DNA of 64,000 bases. Source: an uncultured Candidatus Saccharibacteria bacterium. Its GTDB lineage: Bacteria > Patescibacteriota > Minisyncoccia > Phycocordibacterales > PALSA-1337. Numbering within the stretch: the stretch's first letter is position 1; the number at the start of each line of letters is the position of its first letter. Below the pieces are notes generated by a model that saw nothing but the letters and a program-made list of their open reading frames with translations, did not search any database and was not told the DNA's origin. This document shows positions 28,321-37,193 of the stretch, piece by piece. The stretch spans positions 11,625 through 75,624 of the forward strand of contig CAYHNH010000001.1 of NCBI GenBank assembly GCA_964358005.1, in the 5' to 3' direction. The translations under genes and the position numbers were made by a program.

Positions 28321-29193
28321 TTACACTCCCGCGCACAAATCTGCAAGATTTTCAAAAAGAGCTAGGACTGTCATAGGTCCGATACCGCCTGGAACTGGCG
28401 ATATCGCGGAAGCTATGCCCTTCACTGCCTCGAAATCGACGTCGCCGACTAGCTTGGACTCGGCAATCTCGTTCTCAAACTTCTCTCCCGACACGCTGTT
28501 GATCCCGACATCGATAACCACAGCCCCAGGCTTAACGTGGGAAACGCCTATTAAGCCGGGTTTTCCGGCCGCCACTATCAAGACGTCGGCCTTTTTGGTT
28601 TCTGACACGAGATCGGGCGTCTTTGAGTGGCAGATCGTCACGAAAGCACTCTCGTTCAGGCAAAAAGCCGCCAGAGGCTTGCCGACGAGCATCGAACGCC
28701 CCACGACCACGACGTGCTTGCCATATAGCTCAATCTTGTAGTGAGCGAGCAGTTGCTTCACCCCGCGGGTGGTCGCTGGCAGTACGGCATCTACGCGACC
28801 TTCCAACCAACGCTTCACATTGAATGAAGTCAGTCCGTCTACATCTTTCCTGGGTGATATCGCTTCTATGACTGCGTCTTGATCGAGAGCCGTCGGCAAA
28901 GGCAGCTGAACGATGATGCCCTTGATCGATTCATCCTCGTTGCATTCCCAGACTCGGGCGATGAGCTCCTGCTGGGCTATGTTCTCGGCAAGCTTTATGA
29001 GCTGGGTCTTTACCCCCACCTTTTCCCCGAATGACATCTTGGCCTTGATATACGCTGAAGAATCGGGTCTATCGCCCACTTGGATGATGGCAAGAACAGG
29101 CGGCTTTACGAGTCCCTGGATCTTTTTCTGGAGTTCTGGGATCCTCGAATCGCGCACGGATCTACCATCTAAGATGATTGCTGGCATGTTCAT
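28321..29193 (-). CDS. folD: bifunctional methylenetetrahydrofolate dehydrogenase/cyclohydrolase
   Basis: 290 aa; FolD motifs (AIIQVGDRPDSSAYIKAK, GIIVQLPLP, VVVVGRSMLVGKP). Confidence 0.93.
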   Translation of the reverse strand: MNMPAIILDGRSVRDSRIPELQKKIQGLVKPPVLAIIQVGDRPDSSAYIKAKMSFGEKVGVKTQLIKLAENIAQQELIARVWECNEDESIKGIIVQLPLPTALDQDAVIEAISPRKDVDGLTSFNVKRWLEGRVDAVLPATTRGVKQLLAHYKIELYGKHVVVVGRSMLVGKPLAAFCLNESAFVTICHSKTPDLVSETKKADVLIVAAGKPGLIGVSHVKPGAVVIDVGINSVSGEKFENEIAESKLVGDVDFEAVKGIASAISPVPGGIGPMTVLALFENLADLCAGV

Positions 29194-29250
29194 AAGATAT
29201 CACATTTTCCAGTTAAGTTGAGTGCGTTGATGCCGCCGTTTGTAAGCGTG

Positions 29251-29538
29251 GGAGGGTGTCACCCTTCCTTCAGCTCAACTTTTTTTATTTACAATAATAG
29301 AGAAATATTGTGCTAAGTGCTTCTACACCTTTCCTGCCGCACAAACAAGCGAGGAAGCTGCGTCAGTAATTGACTACCAGATAGAAATTTTTCTGCATGA
29401 AACCATGCTTATCGTCTATTGTATATAAAAATAGTAGGCGTACCCGAAGGATAACTCCCCCCCCTCACGCCTTCCGAGCGGTGTTATGCGCCGCGCCGCG
29501 CGACACCACGGTACGACACGCCCTTAATATAATAGAAA
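29251..29538. repeat. ~280-bp non-coding repeat element, copy 1 (inverted partner at 57599-57870)
   Basis: Reverse complement aligns with 57599-57870 at ~85-90% identity (shared blocks ttactgacgcagcttcctcgct, gaagcacttagcacaatatttctctattattgtaaat, ccttcgggtacgcctactatttttatatacaata); no ORF. Confidence 0.75.
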
Positions 29539-29548
29539 ACGCTGAAAA

Positions 29549-30463
29549 CTAAGCTTTCCACCTGGCAAAGATGCCGGCGGGGAGCAGTCGAACCTCCTCG
29601 CCAGCTCCATCAACCTTACCAGCCACGCTAGCCTTACCAGAAAGCCCCTCCTCTATCGCCAGCTCCCCTATCTCTATCTCGCCACCAAACTTCTCTTTGA
29701 GGGGAAACAGGTTATTTTCATACGCCAGCGATGAGTAGCCCGCTGAATAGCCGTTTATGAGAAAGAATAACGGCTCAGGCTTGAGTAACTTCTTGCAATC
29801 CTCGATGAGCGGCAGGAAATCATTCTCGATCTTCCAAAGCTCATTATCAGCGCCGTGCCCGAAGGCTGGCGGATCCATCATGATAGCGTCATACTGGCGG
29901 CCGCGGCGTATCTCGCGTTCGACGAAGAGCCTGGCATCCTCGATAATCCAGCGTATCGGCTTGTCAGAGAGACCTGAAAGCTCCGCATTCTGCCTAGCCC
30001 AGGTCACAGCCGCCTTAGAGCTGTCTATGTGCACAACCTTCGCTCCCACCTGCGCGCAGGCAAGAGAGGCACCGCCTGTATAGCCAAAAAGGTTCAGGAC
30101 CTCGGCGTCCTTTTTGCCCTGTATGAGCGAGCGCATCCAATCCCAATTCGGCAACTGTTCCGGAAAAAGCCCCGTATGCTTGAATGCCGTAGGCTTTATG
30201 ATGAACTTGAGGCCACCGAACTCTATAGGCCAATCAGCCGGCAGCTTATTCCTGAAAGACCACTCGGCCTTTTCGCTATCGCGAGTGAAATATGCATCAG
30301 CCTTTTCCCACTCCGCCTTAGGCAGTCTCCTAGCCCACAGCGCCTGCGGGTCAGGCCGGCTCAATAGGACCTTGCCGAAGCGTTCGAGCTTCTCTCCTTC
30401 GCCGGAATCTATGAGCTCATAGCCTTCGGACGGCGCGGTGATGAGGATGTTAGATGTTTTCAT
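29549..30463 (-). CDS. class I SAM-dependent rRNA methyltransferase (RlmI/YccW-like)
   Basis: SAM-binding LNLFGYTGGASLACA, catalytic IMMDPPAFG. Confidence 0.85.
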   Translation of the reverse strand: MKTSNILITAPSEGYELIDSGEGEKLERFGKVLLSRPDPQALWARRLPKAEWEKADAYFTRDSEKAEWSFRNKLPADWPIEFGGLKFIIKPTAFKHTGLFPEQLPNWDWMRSLIQGKKDAEVLNLFGYTGGASLACAQVGAKVVHIDSSKAAVTWARQNAELSGLSDKPIRWIIEDARLFVEREIRRGRQYDAIMMDPPAFGHGADNELWKIENDFLPLIEDCKKLLKPEPLFFLINGYSAGYSSLAYENNLFPLKEKFGGEIEIGELAIEEGLSGKASVAGKVDGAGEEVRLLPAGIFARWKA

Positions 30464-30938
30464 TTTTTATCAAGATGTTCAGGGCGAACACGAAGAGCAG
30501 GACGGAAGTCAGCGCCGAGCCGAGACAGTACAGACAGTACGAACCCAGGATGAATATCTGCACGTAGGTGAACCAAAGCGACATTAGCAATCCGAGGATG
30601 GTTGCTAGGAGAGTCCATTTCAGAATAGAAAAATGATGAGACTCCGCCGCCTTGCCGATGTGCTTGGCCTCCAAGAATATAAAGGCTCCCAAGGCGATGA
30701 GCAGATAGTAGACAGCTCCGAGAAGAGCCACCGGCATCCCCCAGATGGCAGAGAAGACGCTAGTGAGGACGATATCACAGCCCGCGGTCGTGCATGGGGG
30801 AACGACGCCCCGATAGTGCTCTATGGTGAGGAAGGCCGAATCGGCAAACCCCAGTATCGCGATCACCAAGATCGCTACAACCGAGGCAGTCGAAGCTCTA
30901 TTTAGCGGCCGCTTCAATAGCAGCTTTGAATTGTTCAT
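30450..30938 (-). CDS. vitamin K epoxide reductase (VKOR) family membrane protein
   Basis: 4-5 TM helices, loop cysteines (CTTAGC) and CLYC active-site CxxC in a TM helix. Confidence 0.75.
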   Translation of the reverse strand: MNNSKLLLKRPLNRASTASVVAILVIAILGFADSAFLTIEHYRGVVPPCTTAGCDIVLTSVFSAIWGMPVALLGAVYYLLIALGAFIFLEAKHIGKAAESHHFSILKWTLLATILGLLMSLWFTYVQIFILGSYCLYCLGSALTSVLLFVFALNILIKNENI

Positions 30939-31536
30939 ATCCTTGAGGGCTCTCTATCTCCTTTCCATTCAGGAAGAAGGTCGGCGTCTTGTTGATGCCT
31001 ATCTTCTGGGCTTCATCGCGCTGGGCTGTGACTGCATTCTTGGCGATGTCGCTGTCCATGTCTGACTTGAACTTTTCGACATTCAGACCTATCCGCAACG
31101 CGTAGCCAGCGAATACCTCTCGGGGGTCAGCGAGCTCGCTCCATTGGTCCTGATACGTGAAGAGCAGACCCGACATTTCCCAGAATTTACCTTGCATGGC
31201 GGCCGCCTCAGAGGCTTGAGCCGCCACAAAGGCATTCTTGTGCTGAGGCAAGGGATAATGCCTGTAGATCATGCGTATCGGGATAGTGCTGCTAGCGAGG
31301 ACCTTCTCTACCAGCGGATGGTAGGCACCGCAAGCCGGGCACTGCAGATCGCTGTACTCGATCATGGTCACCGGCGCATCCACGGGGCCACGGCTATGAT
31401 CAGCTGATGAGACGGGCGCTGGGGTCCCTGCCGTACCAGTATTCTGACCCTTTCCCATGGAAGCGATGAGACCCCAGACGATGAGGCCCAGGACGACTAC
31501 GAAGCACCCCCAAAAAATCACTCTTTTGATATTCAT
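30898..31536 (-). CDS. DsbA-like thioredoxin-fold thiol:disulfide oxidoreductase
   Basis: N-terminal signal anchor; CPAC active site (IEYSDLQCPACGAY); overlaps VKOR gene start by 41 nt (operon). Confidence 0.8.
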   Translation of the reverse strand: MNIKRVIFWGCFVVVLGLIVWGLIASMGKGQNTGTAGTPAPVSSADHSRGPVDAPVTMIEYSDLQCPACGAYHPLVEKVLASSTIPIRMIYRHYPLPQHKNAFVAAQASEAAAMQGKFWEMSGLLFTYQDQWSELADPREVFAGYALRIGLNVEKFKSDMDSDIAKNAVTAQRDEAQKIGINKTPTFFLNGKEIESPQGYEQFKAAIEAAAK

Positions 31537-31560
31537 AGAGCCGATTATATAGACTTGAGG

Positions 31561-32607
31561 CTATATAATCAACATAGCATCGCCGAATGAATAGAACCTC
31601 ATGCGATCTCTCACTGCCTGACCATAGAGGTCCTTCCACGATCTCTTTGCTCCCCGCCATTGCAAAAATGCGTCCAGGAGCATGAGGAGAGATGTCCCTG
31701 GTAGATGAAAATTGGTGATAAAGGCATCGGCCACCTTGAACTCATAAGGTGCCCTTATGAACAGGCTAGTCTCCCCATCGAACTGCTGGCCAGCCAGGAT
31801 CCATGGCGCGGCCGATTCGACCAGCCGCAAAGCGGTAGTGCCACAGACCACTACTTTCTTGCCAGAACTTTTGGCGGCACAGAGGAGCTCGGAGCTCTCC
31901 TTGCTCACATGTATCGGCTCCGAATGCAACTTAAAATCCTTTTCCATTTGCGGAGTGACAGGAGAGAATGTCCCGCGCCCAACGTGAAGGGTGACCTTAG
32001 TCGTAGCGATGCCCTTGAGCTCCAACGATCTGAAAACCCTGTCCGTGAAATGCAAAGCGGCAGTAGGAGCGGCTACAGAAGCGGGCCTGGCAGCGAAGGT
32101 GCTCTGATACCTCTCTCGCAATTCATTCTCTGCCATATCAGAATGGATATACGGCGGAAGTGGGGTGCGGCCGTACTTGTCGAAGAGATCCTTGAATTCA
32201 GCGGGAGGGACCAGGAGCTTGAAAGTGAATTCTTCATTGATATGCGAGACCGGCTCCAGGATCGGGTGCCCGATGAGGAAAAGCCCTTCATTTACATTTA
32301 TATTCTTGTTGGGCAGGCCTTTTATCATGGGGCCGCCGTCCCACTCGTTCATCAAGAATAGTACTGCGACTTCGCCGCCAGTCAGCTTGGAAAGCGTGAG
32401 ACGCGCGGGGACGACTTTGGTGTCATTCAGAACAACGACAGATTCGGCGGGTATGTACCTGGCTAGGTTAGCGAAAGTATCTAGGACGATCTCGTCAGTC
32501 TTGGTGCTGTAGACGAATAGACGCGCGCTGTCGCGCGGCTCGGCTGGGGTATTGGCTATGAGCTCTTTTGGCAGTTTGTAGTCGAACATATAGATTGAGT
32601 ATAACAA
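31561..32607 (-). CDS. queA: S-adenosylmethionine:tRNA ribosyltransferase-isomerase
   Basis: 348 aa; QueA N-terminus (FDYKLPKELIANTPAEPRDSARLFVY) and conserved core. Confidence 0.93.
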   Translation of the reverse strand: MLYSIYMFDYKLPKELIANTPAEPRDSARLFVYSTKTDEIVLDTFANLARYIPAESVVVLNDTKVVPARLTLSKLTGGEVAVLFLMNEWDGGPMIKGLPNKNINVNEGLFLIGHPILEPVSHINEEFTFKLLVPPAEFKDLFDKYGRTPLPPYIHSDMAENELRERYQSTFAARPASVAAPTAALHFTDRVFRSLELKGIATTKVTLHVGRGTFSPVTPQMEKDFKLHSEPIHVSKESSELLCAAKSSGKKVVVCGTTALRLVESAAPWILAGQQFDGETSLFIRAPYEFKVADAFITNFHLPGTSLLMLLDAFLQWRGAKRSWKDLYGQAVRDRMRFYSFGDAMLII

Positions 32608-32694
32608 AAAAAATCCCCCTCCCCGCCGCGATTGGCAGCTAAGGGAGAGGGACGTCGTTTCCGGACCAAGGTGCAGTGAAGGTGCCTTCGACTC

Positions 32695-34152
32695 TTACTC
32701 GACAGCGATCTTGGTCGAAGGCCTCAGAGCGAACAGCTTCTTGATGTCGCCGTGGAAAAGGCTCTCACGGAAACTGCCAAAGCCGCTGCTGTCCGAGGAT
32801 TTGTCGGCCAACGACGCGAGAAAGGCGAGCTTGATGGGTGGACCCCATTTGCGAGTGCCGAGCCGCGCGGTGACACTGCAATTGTCGACCATGTAGGCGA
32901 CACCCCGGGCATTCATGAATGGTGTCAGGGAATCGACTGCTTCAATGAGCGACTCGTTCACGATCTCGGTGATCGCATGCCCCTTGGAGCGGAGGACGTC
33001 CATGAGCGCCAGCACCATGCCGGCATACATGCCCGCGGCCAGGGCCAAGTCATCCGACATCGGCACATCAGCACGGTAAAGCTCGCCGCCGAGTTTCCAC
33101 ATGCCCGATGTTTCGATCGAGGGCAGCGCCGCCGCAAGGTTTCGATTCGCCTGGATCACGTCGCGGATCTCATCGCCTGACGAAACGGATTCGTAGATGT
33201 CGAGCGCGAGCTGCCGCGCGGGCAGATAGGCCTTGTTGTAACCGACCTCGAAAATCTGGCGCTCCGAAGGGGTCAAGGATTCGTAGAGCCCTTCCAAGCC
33301 GTTCTTCGAGATGAGCTCGGTCACGGTGCTGGTAAGCCCACGAGCCGACAGGAGGAATGCTTCTTCCTTCGACCTGCCGAGCGAACGGAAATACTCGTAG
33401 AGGGCCTCAGAGAGCGCCCAGATGCCGGCGAGGAGGACATGCCGTTCTCCAGTGAGGTCCGACTTCCATTCGTTCTCGCCGGTGGTGAAGAACGTGACCG
33501 GCGAACCGATCGCGATAGACCAGCCGAGGGCGTAGTCGAGCGCGCAGCCAGTGAGATCCTTCACGACAGCAACGCTGGAATTGATCCCGGCTCCTTCAGT
33601 GTCACGCGACTGATTGTAGAGCCGACGGAGCGAAGGGCCCATGCCTTTCGGCGCGACCAGGATGACGTTGATGTCATCGCGGAGAGAGGCCTGGATCGAA
33701 TCCAAATAGCCGAAGAGGAAACCGTGGGATACGCAGAGCGTCGCTCCCGGCTTCATCATTCCCGTGATCTCCTGCCAGCGCTCGGTTTGAGCATTGTCGT
33801 TGATGAGGAGAACGACCATGTCGGCCGTCGGGATAATCTCAGCGAATGTGCCCAGGGTGCCCTCTTCCTGCCGAAAGCCGGCAAGCCGGGCGACCTGGAA
33901 CTTTTCCGAGTCGTCACGAAGGGCGACGCGCACCATGGCCTTGCTGCCCGCTTCAAGGAGCGAGTCGCGGCCATTTTGCGCCTGAGCCGGAGCCTGTGAA
34001 CCCCAACCGACGACAGCGATCTCGTTCACGCCTTCGAAAGCTGCTGACAAGAGCGGGAATACCTTCCTTCCCCCTCTGAGAAACTGCTCGGGTCCGCTGC
34101 TCAATTGCAGCGTCTCCAAGCCGAATACTGACGATGTGTGTGTTGTTTGCAT
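32695..34152 (-). CDS. ilvC: ketol-acid reductoisomerase, class II (long form)
   Basis: 485 aa; aligns along its length with E. coli-type IlvC (IAVVGWGSQAPAQAQNGRDS, LCVSHGF, VILVAPKGMGPSLR, VKSDLTGERHVLLAG); GC ~62%, above the window average. Confidence 0.9.
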   Translation of the reverse strand: MQTTHTSSVFGLETLQLSSGPEQFLRGGRKVFPLLSAAFEGVNEIAVVGWGSQAPAQAQNGRDSLLEAGSKAMVRVALRDDSEKFQVARLAGFRQEEGTLGTFAEIIPTADMVVLLINDNAQTERWQEITGMMKPGATLCVSHGFLFGYLDSIQASLRDDINVILVAPKGMGPSLRRLYNQSRDTEGAGINSSVAVVKDLTGCALDYALGWSIAIGSPVTFFTTGENEWKSDLTGERHVLLAGIWALSEALYEYFRSLGRSKEEAFLLSARGLTSTVTELISKNGLEGLYESLTPSERQIFEVGYNKAYLPARQLALDIYESVSSGDEIRDVIQANRNLAAALPSIETSGMWKLGGELYRADVPMSDDLALAAGMYAGMVLALMDVLRSKGHAITEIVNESLIEAVDSLTPFMNARGVAYMVDNCSVTARLGTRKWGPPIKLAFLASLADKSSDSSGFGSFRESLFHGDIKKLFALRPSTKIAVE

Positions 34153-34291
34153 GCGAACAAAAAGTCTACTCTAGAGCGAGCCTACTCCTCGTGGAATTTG
34201 ATGTCAATGGACGAGAATGTAACTAAAGGCCCCCTATCCCGTCAGATAAATGCGAATGTAACGCGAGCTTTATAAATTAACTTAATAAACA

Positions 34292-34516
34292 ATGGCAACA
34301 GTTATAAACAATCCAGGCGGCGGTGACAGCGAGGGCGTGGGTGTCGGCATGATAGTCGGCATAATCTTGGCAGTACTAGTGATCGCCCTTCTGGTCATAT
34401 ATGGCATACCGACGATCAGAGACGAGCAAGCAACGCCGCAACAGCCGGAAACGAATATAAACGTAACCATACCTAACCCGACAAGCGGCACGAACAGCAA
34501 CGGAACAGGTAATTAA
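34292..34516 (+). CDS. possible small membrane protein (74 aa)
   Basis: One TM helix (MIVGIILAVLVIALLVIYGI), AT-rich upstream region; no RBS; weak call. Confidence 0.3.
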   Translation: MATVINNPGGGDSEGVGVGMIVGIILAVLVIALLVIYGIPTIRDEQATPQQPETNINVTIPNPTSGTNSNGTGN

Positions 34517-34586
34517 TCACCTAAAAAATATAAAACGCCCGGCGGGATGCAGAGCGTGTATCGGGACAGAGTAGAACAGATGGAAA

Positions 34587-35231
34587 TCAGACGCGGACAA
34601 TGGTCTGGGCGAGCCTCCTGGCTCCCCGGGTCTTGTTCTTATTCCCTGGATGGTCCCATGAGAACATGATCTGTTTCTTTTTCCAGACACGACCCAGCGC
34701 GCCGCGACCGACATCGAGCCAGTCAGGGAACCAAGTCTCAGTATCTACATCGAGGAACTCCTTCCTCGCAAAATAGTAGAGACCTGCCACAAGAGCATAT
34801 CCTCGCATGTCCATATATACGTCCGACGACGCTCGGAGATCGATGAGCCGCTTGTTCATCGTGTCGAGATTCGGCATGGGTGAATCCTCGATGAAGCCCA
34901 GCGATGGCCCGCCAGCCGCTTCACGGCCGCAATAGTGCCGAGTTGCGACGCCTCCCCACACGTCCAGACAGTCCATGCGCAGGAGCTTCTCGAGAGCCGC
35001 GACAGCCTCCTGTGTCGAGACCGTGCCCGGATCGAAAACCGGCATGGAAAATCGCCAGGGCAAGGCCTCCGGCGAAGGGATTACGAAGTATTTACCCAGA
35101 TCAAGGCGGATGGAAAAGAAGTCTAAGGTGTATTTTTCCGCCTGTTCGAGCCATTGGCTCATGTTTAGCGAGTCCGTCTGCAGCATGGGAACTGTGTTCC
35201 CGTCTTCACTGACAAGATCATGTGCGATCAT
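34587..35231 (-). CDS. hypothetical protein (GC-rich)
   Basis: 214-aa ORF, no family recognised. Confidence 0.5.
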   Translation of the reverse strand: MIAHDLVSEDGNTVPMLQTDSLNMSQWLEQAEKYTLDFFSIRLDLGKYFVIPSPEALPWRFSMPVFDPGTVSTQEAVAALEKLLRMDCLDVWGGVATRHYCGREAAGGPSLGFIEDSPMPNLDTMNKRLIDLRASSDVYMDMRGYALVAGLYYFARKEFLDVDTETWFPDWLDVGRGALGRVWKKKQIMFSWDHPGNKNKTRGARRLAQTIVRV

Positions 35232-35305
35232 AGGATGTATAGGTTGAATTGGAAAGGTGCTATGGCAAAACTACATTCTAAACGTGCCGGGGACACATAT
35301 CTTAC

Positions 35306-35381
35306 TGGGGTGCCTAATGGGATTTGAACCCATGCTGCGGCTTTCACAGAGCCGAGTGCTAACCGTTACACCATAGGCACC
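35306..35381 (-). tRNA. tRNA-His (anticodon GTG), encoded G-1 and CCA
   Basis: Cloverleaf: acceptor GTGCCTA/TAGGCAC, anticodon arm CGGCT-CTGTGAA-AGCCG, T-arm ATGGG-TTCAAAT-CCCAT, extra 5-prime G pairing with C73, 3-prime CCA encoded. Confidence 0.9.
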
Positions 35382-35411
35382 ATATAACCGCTAAAATTCT
35401 ATTTTTTGGAG

Positions 35412-35969
35412 CTAAGAATAGGTCGGCGGTTTCTCCTTTATACCAGATTTATGGTTACTTAGTCGAGCAAGCGCGTACAGCAAAGACGAAAGCCTGTTCA
35501 AAAAAGCCAGCGTAGCGGGGCCAACCTTGATCTCGCCAGTCTCGGTTCCGCCTACCACCCGCCGCTCCAGCTTGCGCGCCAGAGTACGGGAGACGTCGAA
35601 AAGCGCCGCCAGCTCCGTACCGCCAGAGATGAAGAAGGTCTTTATGGGCGGCATCTCTTTTTCCATCGCATCGATCCAGGTCTCCATGAGCGTAACCTTC
35701 TCCTGCCCCACACGCTTGTCTGCCCCCGCGAGCTCTGCCTGCACCGAAAAGAGAGAATCCTGGATCCACCAGACGATGTCGGCGGGAGCCTTCCCTTCAA
35801 CAGACCATGCGACAGAGGCCGCTTTGATCTTCGCCAAACCAAGAAAAGAGTTCAGCTCATCCGATGCGCCGAGCGACTCCGTCTGGCAGGAGCTCTTGGA
35901 TTTCCTCTCGCCCGGACCAGACTTGAAGTCCTTGGTCGTTCCGGCATCGCCTTTTCGCGTGTATAGCAT
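35412..35969 (-). CDS. PduO-type ATP:cob(I)alamin adenosyltransferase family protein
   Basis: Start set at MLYTRKGDAGTT (family N-terminus); the longer ORF-track start would overlap the tRNA-Arg gene. Confidence 0.8.
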   Translation of the reverse strand: MLYTRKGDAGTTKDFKSGPGERKSKSSCQTESLGASDELNSFLGLAKIKAASVAWSVEGKAPADIVWWIQDSLFSVQAELAGADKRVGQEKVTLMETWIDAMEKEMPPIKTFFISGGTELAALFDVSRTLARKLERRVVGGTETGEIKVGPATLAFLNRLSSLLYALARLSNHKSGIKEKPPTYS

Positions 35970-35989
35970 AGGCTGATTATAGACTATTG

Positions 35990-36061
35990 TGCTCCCACCA
36001 GGAATCGAACCTGGACCGCAGGCTTCGGAGGCTTGCGTTCTATCCATTAAACTATGGGAGC
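35990..36061 (-). tRNA. tRNA-Arg (anticodon CCG)
   Basis: Acceptor GCTCCCA/TGGGAGC, anticodon loop CTCCGAA, T-arm CCAGG-TTCGATT-CCTGG; one A-C mismatch in anticodon stem; CCA not encoded. Confidence 0.85.
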
Positions 36062-36147
36062 GAGCGAGGAACAAAAGGACAAGCTAGCTTGTCATGATAT
36101 CGTCTCAGTCTTTTTTTAACTAGTGCCAAATAAGAAGGTGTGATTGG

Positions 36148-36705
36148 TTACCAGCCGCCACACGAACCACTACCAACACAATAACCTCGATTGGAATCCT
36201 GACAGCCATTATTGTTGTTATAGAAGCTGCCATCTAGATCTGACCGAAGGGCGGCATTATCAGATTCCAGATATACGGCCAAACGATAATTTTGCCCATC
36301 GCTACAACCAGTAGGATAACCCGGGTAATACGTCACCCCTCCATCGTTGAGGTCATTCGGTGTCATTTGCAGTGGGTCTTGGGGGACCTTGCCGATAACT
36401 GGAACGTAGTTGGTTATCGAAAATCCGCAGTTAGTGCCCGTCTCTAGGCATTGAGAAAAATAATACCAGTGACCCTCCCATGTCGGATGGCCGGGAGATT
36501 GTGGATATTTACCCGTCTGTTGGCGGAACATTTCCAACGCAGTTTCTATTGTTCTCATATCTGCAATGCGGCGCGCATCTCTTGATTTAGCCCTGGCCCC
36601 ATTGATCGATGGCATAATGAGGCTGGCCAACATCCCTATAATCGCCACCACGACCAGAAGCTCTATCAAAGTAAATCCTGGCTGCTTATAGGATGAATGC
36701 TTCAT
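36148..36705 (-). CDS. type IV pilin / pseudopilin
   Basis: Prepilin leader + N-methylation motif KQPGFTLIELLVVVAIIGMLA; C-terminal Cys-rich region. Confidence 0.85.
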   Translation of the reverse strand: MKHSSYKQPGFTLIELLVVVAIIGMLASLIMPSINGARAKSRDARRIADMRTIETALEMFRQQTGKYPQSPGHPTWEGHWYYFSQCLETGTNCGFSITNYVPVIGKVPQDPLQMTPNDLNDGGVTYYPGYPTGCSDGQNYRLAVYLESDNAALRSDLDGSFYNNNNGCQDSNRGYCVGSGSCGGW

Positions 36706-36962
36706 GGATTGCTTAGTTGGTATGGCGTGGGAGGAGGGGGTGTCAACTTTGTACCAAAGGTCCTGCCGAGGTTTACAATTGCAAAGATTGCCATCGCAAC
36801 TATCGCTATAACCACTAGTAATCCTGCAGACTGTTCTGTTTTTATAAGCCCCCCAGAGTAATTGACAATCGCCATAAGGAGCTTCGACCGTGAACTGTCC
36901 TTGATCTGTCTTGTCAGGACCGGCCTGTCCTGATCAAACTGTATTCCATGTTGCATTTCCAT
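36702..36962 (-). CDS. hypothetical small membrane protein
   Basis: 86 aa, TM helix (LLVVIAIVAMAIFAIV), stop overlaps pilin start (ATGA). Confidence 0.4.
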   Translation of the reverse strand: MEMQHGIQFDQDRPVLTRQIKDSSRSKLLMAIVNYSGGLIKTEQSAGLLVVIAIVAMAIFAIVNLGRTFGTKLTPPPPTPYQLSNP

Positions 36963-37023
36963 AACAAGATGTTACTAGTATATACCTACCAACACTAATG
37001 AGGAATCGGCCAATTTTTCTCTG

Positions 37024-37107
37024 TGCGCGGGAGAGGACTCGAACCTCCATGCCCTAATGGGCGCTACCACCTCAAGGTAGTGCGTCTACCAATTTCGCCA
37101 CCCGCGC
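37024..37107 (-). tRNA. tRNA-Leu (anticodon GAG)
   Basis: Acceptor GCGCGGG/CCCGCGC, anticodon arm CTACC-TTGAGGT-GGTAG, long variable arm, T-arm GAGG-TTCGAGT-CCTC. Confidence 0.9.
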
Positions 37108-37193
37108 GTTCTCGAACCCGACCATCATAGCTGAAAAGCCTGCGGTTTTCAATAAAAACAAAACCGGTCTCAGCCGGCTTGTCGTCTCTCTTA

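Noticed and set aside
35970-36074. Longer start for the PduO-type gene
   Set aside because: It would overlap the tRNA-Arg(CCG) gene; the MLYTRKGDAGTT start matches the family N-terminus.
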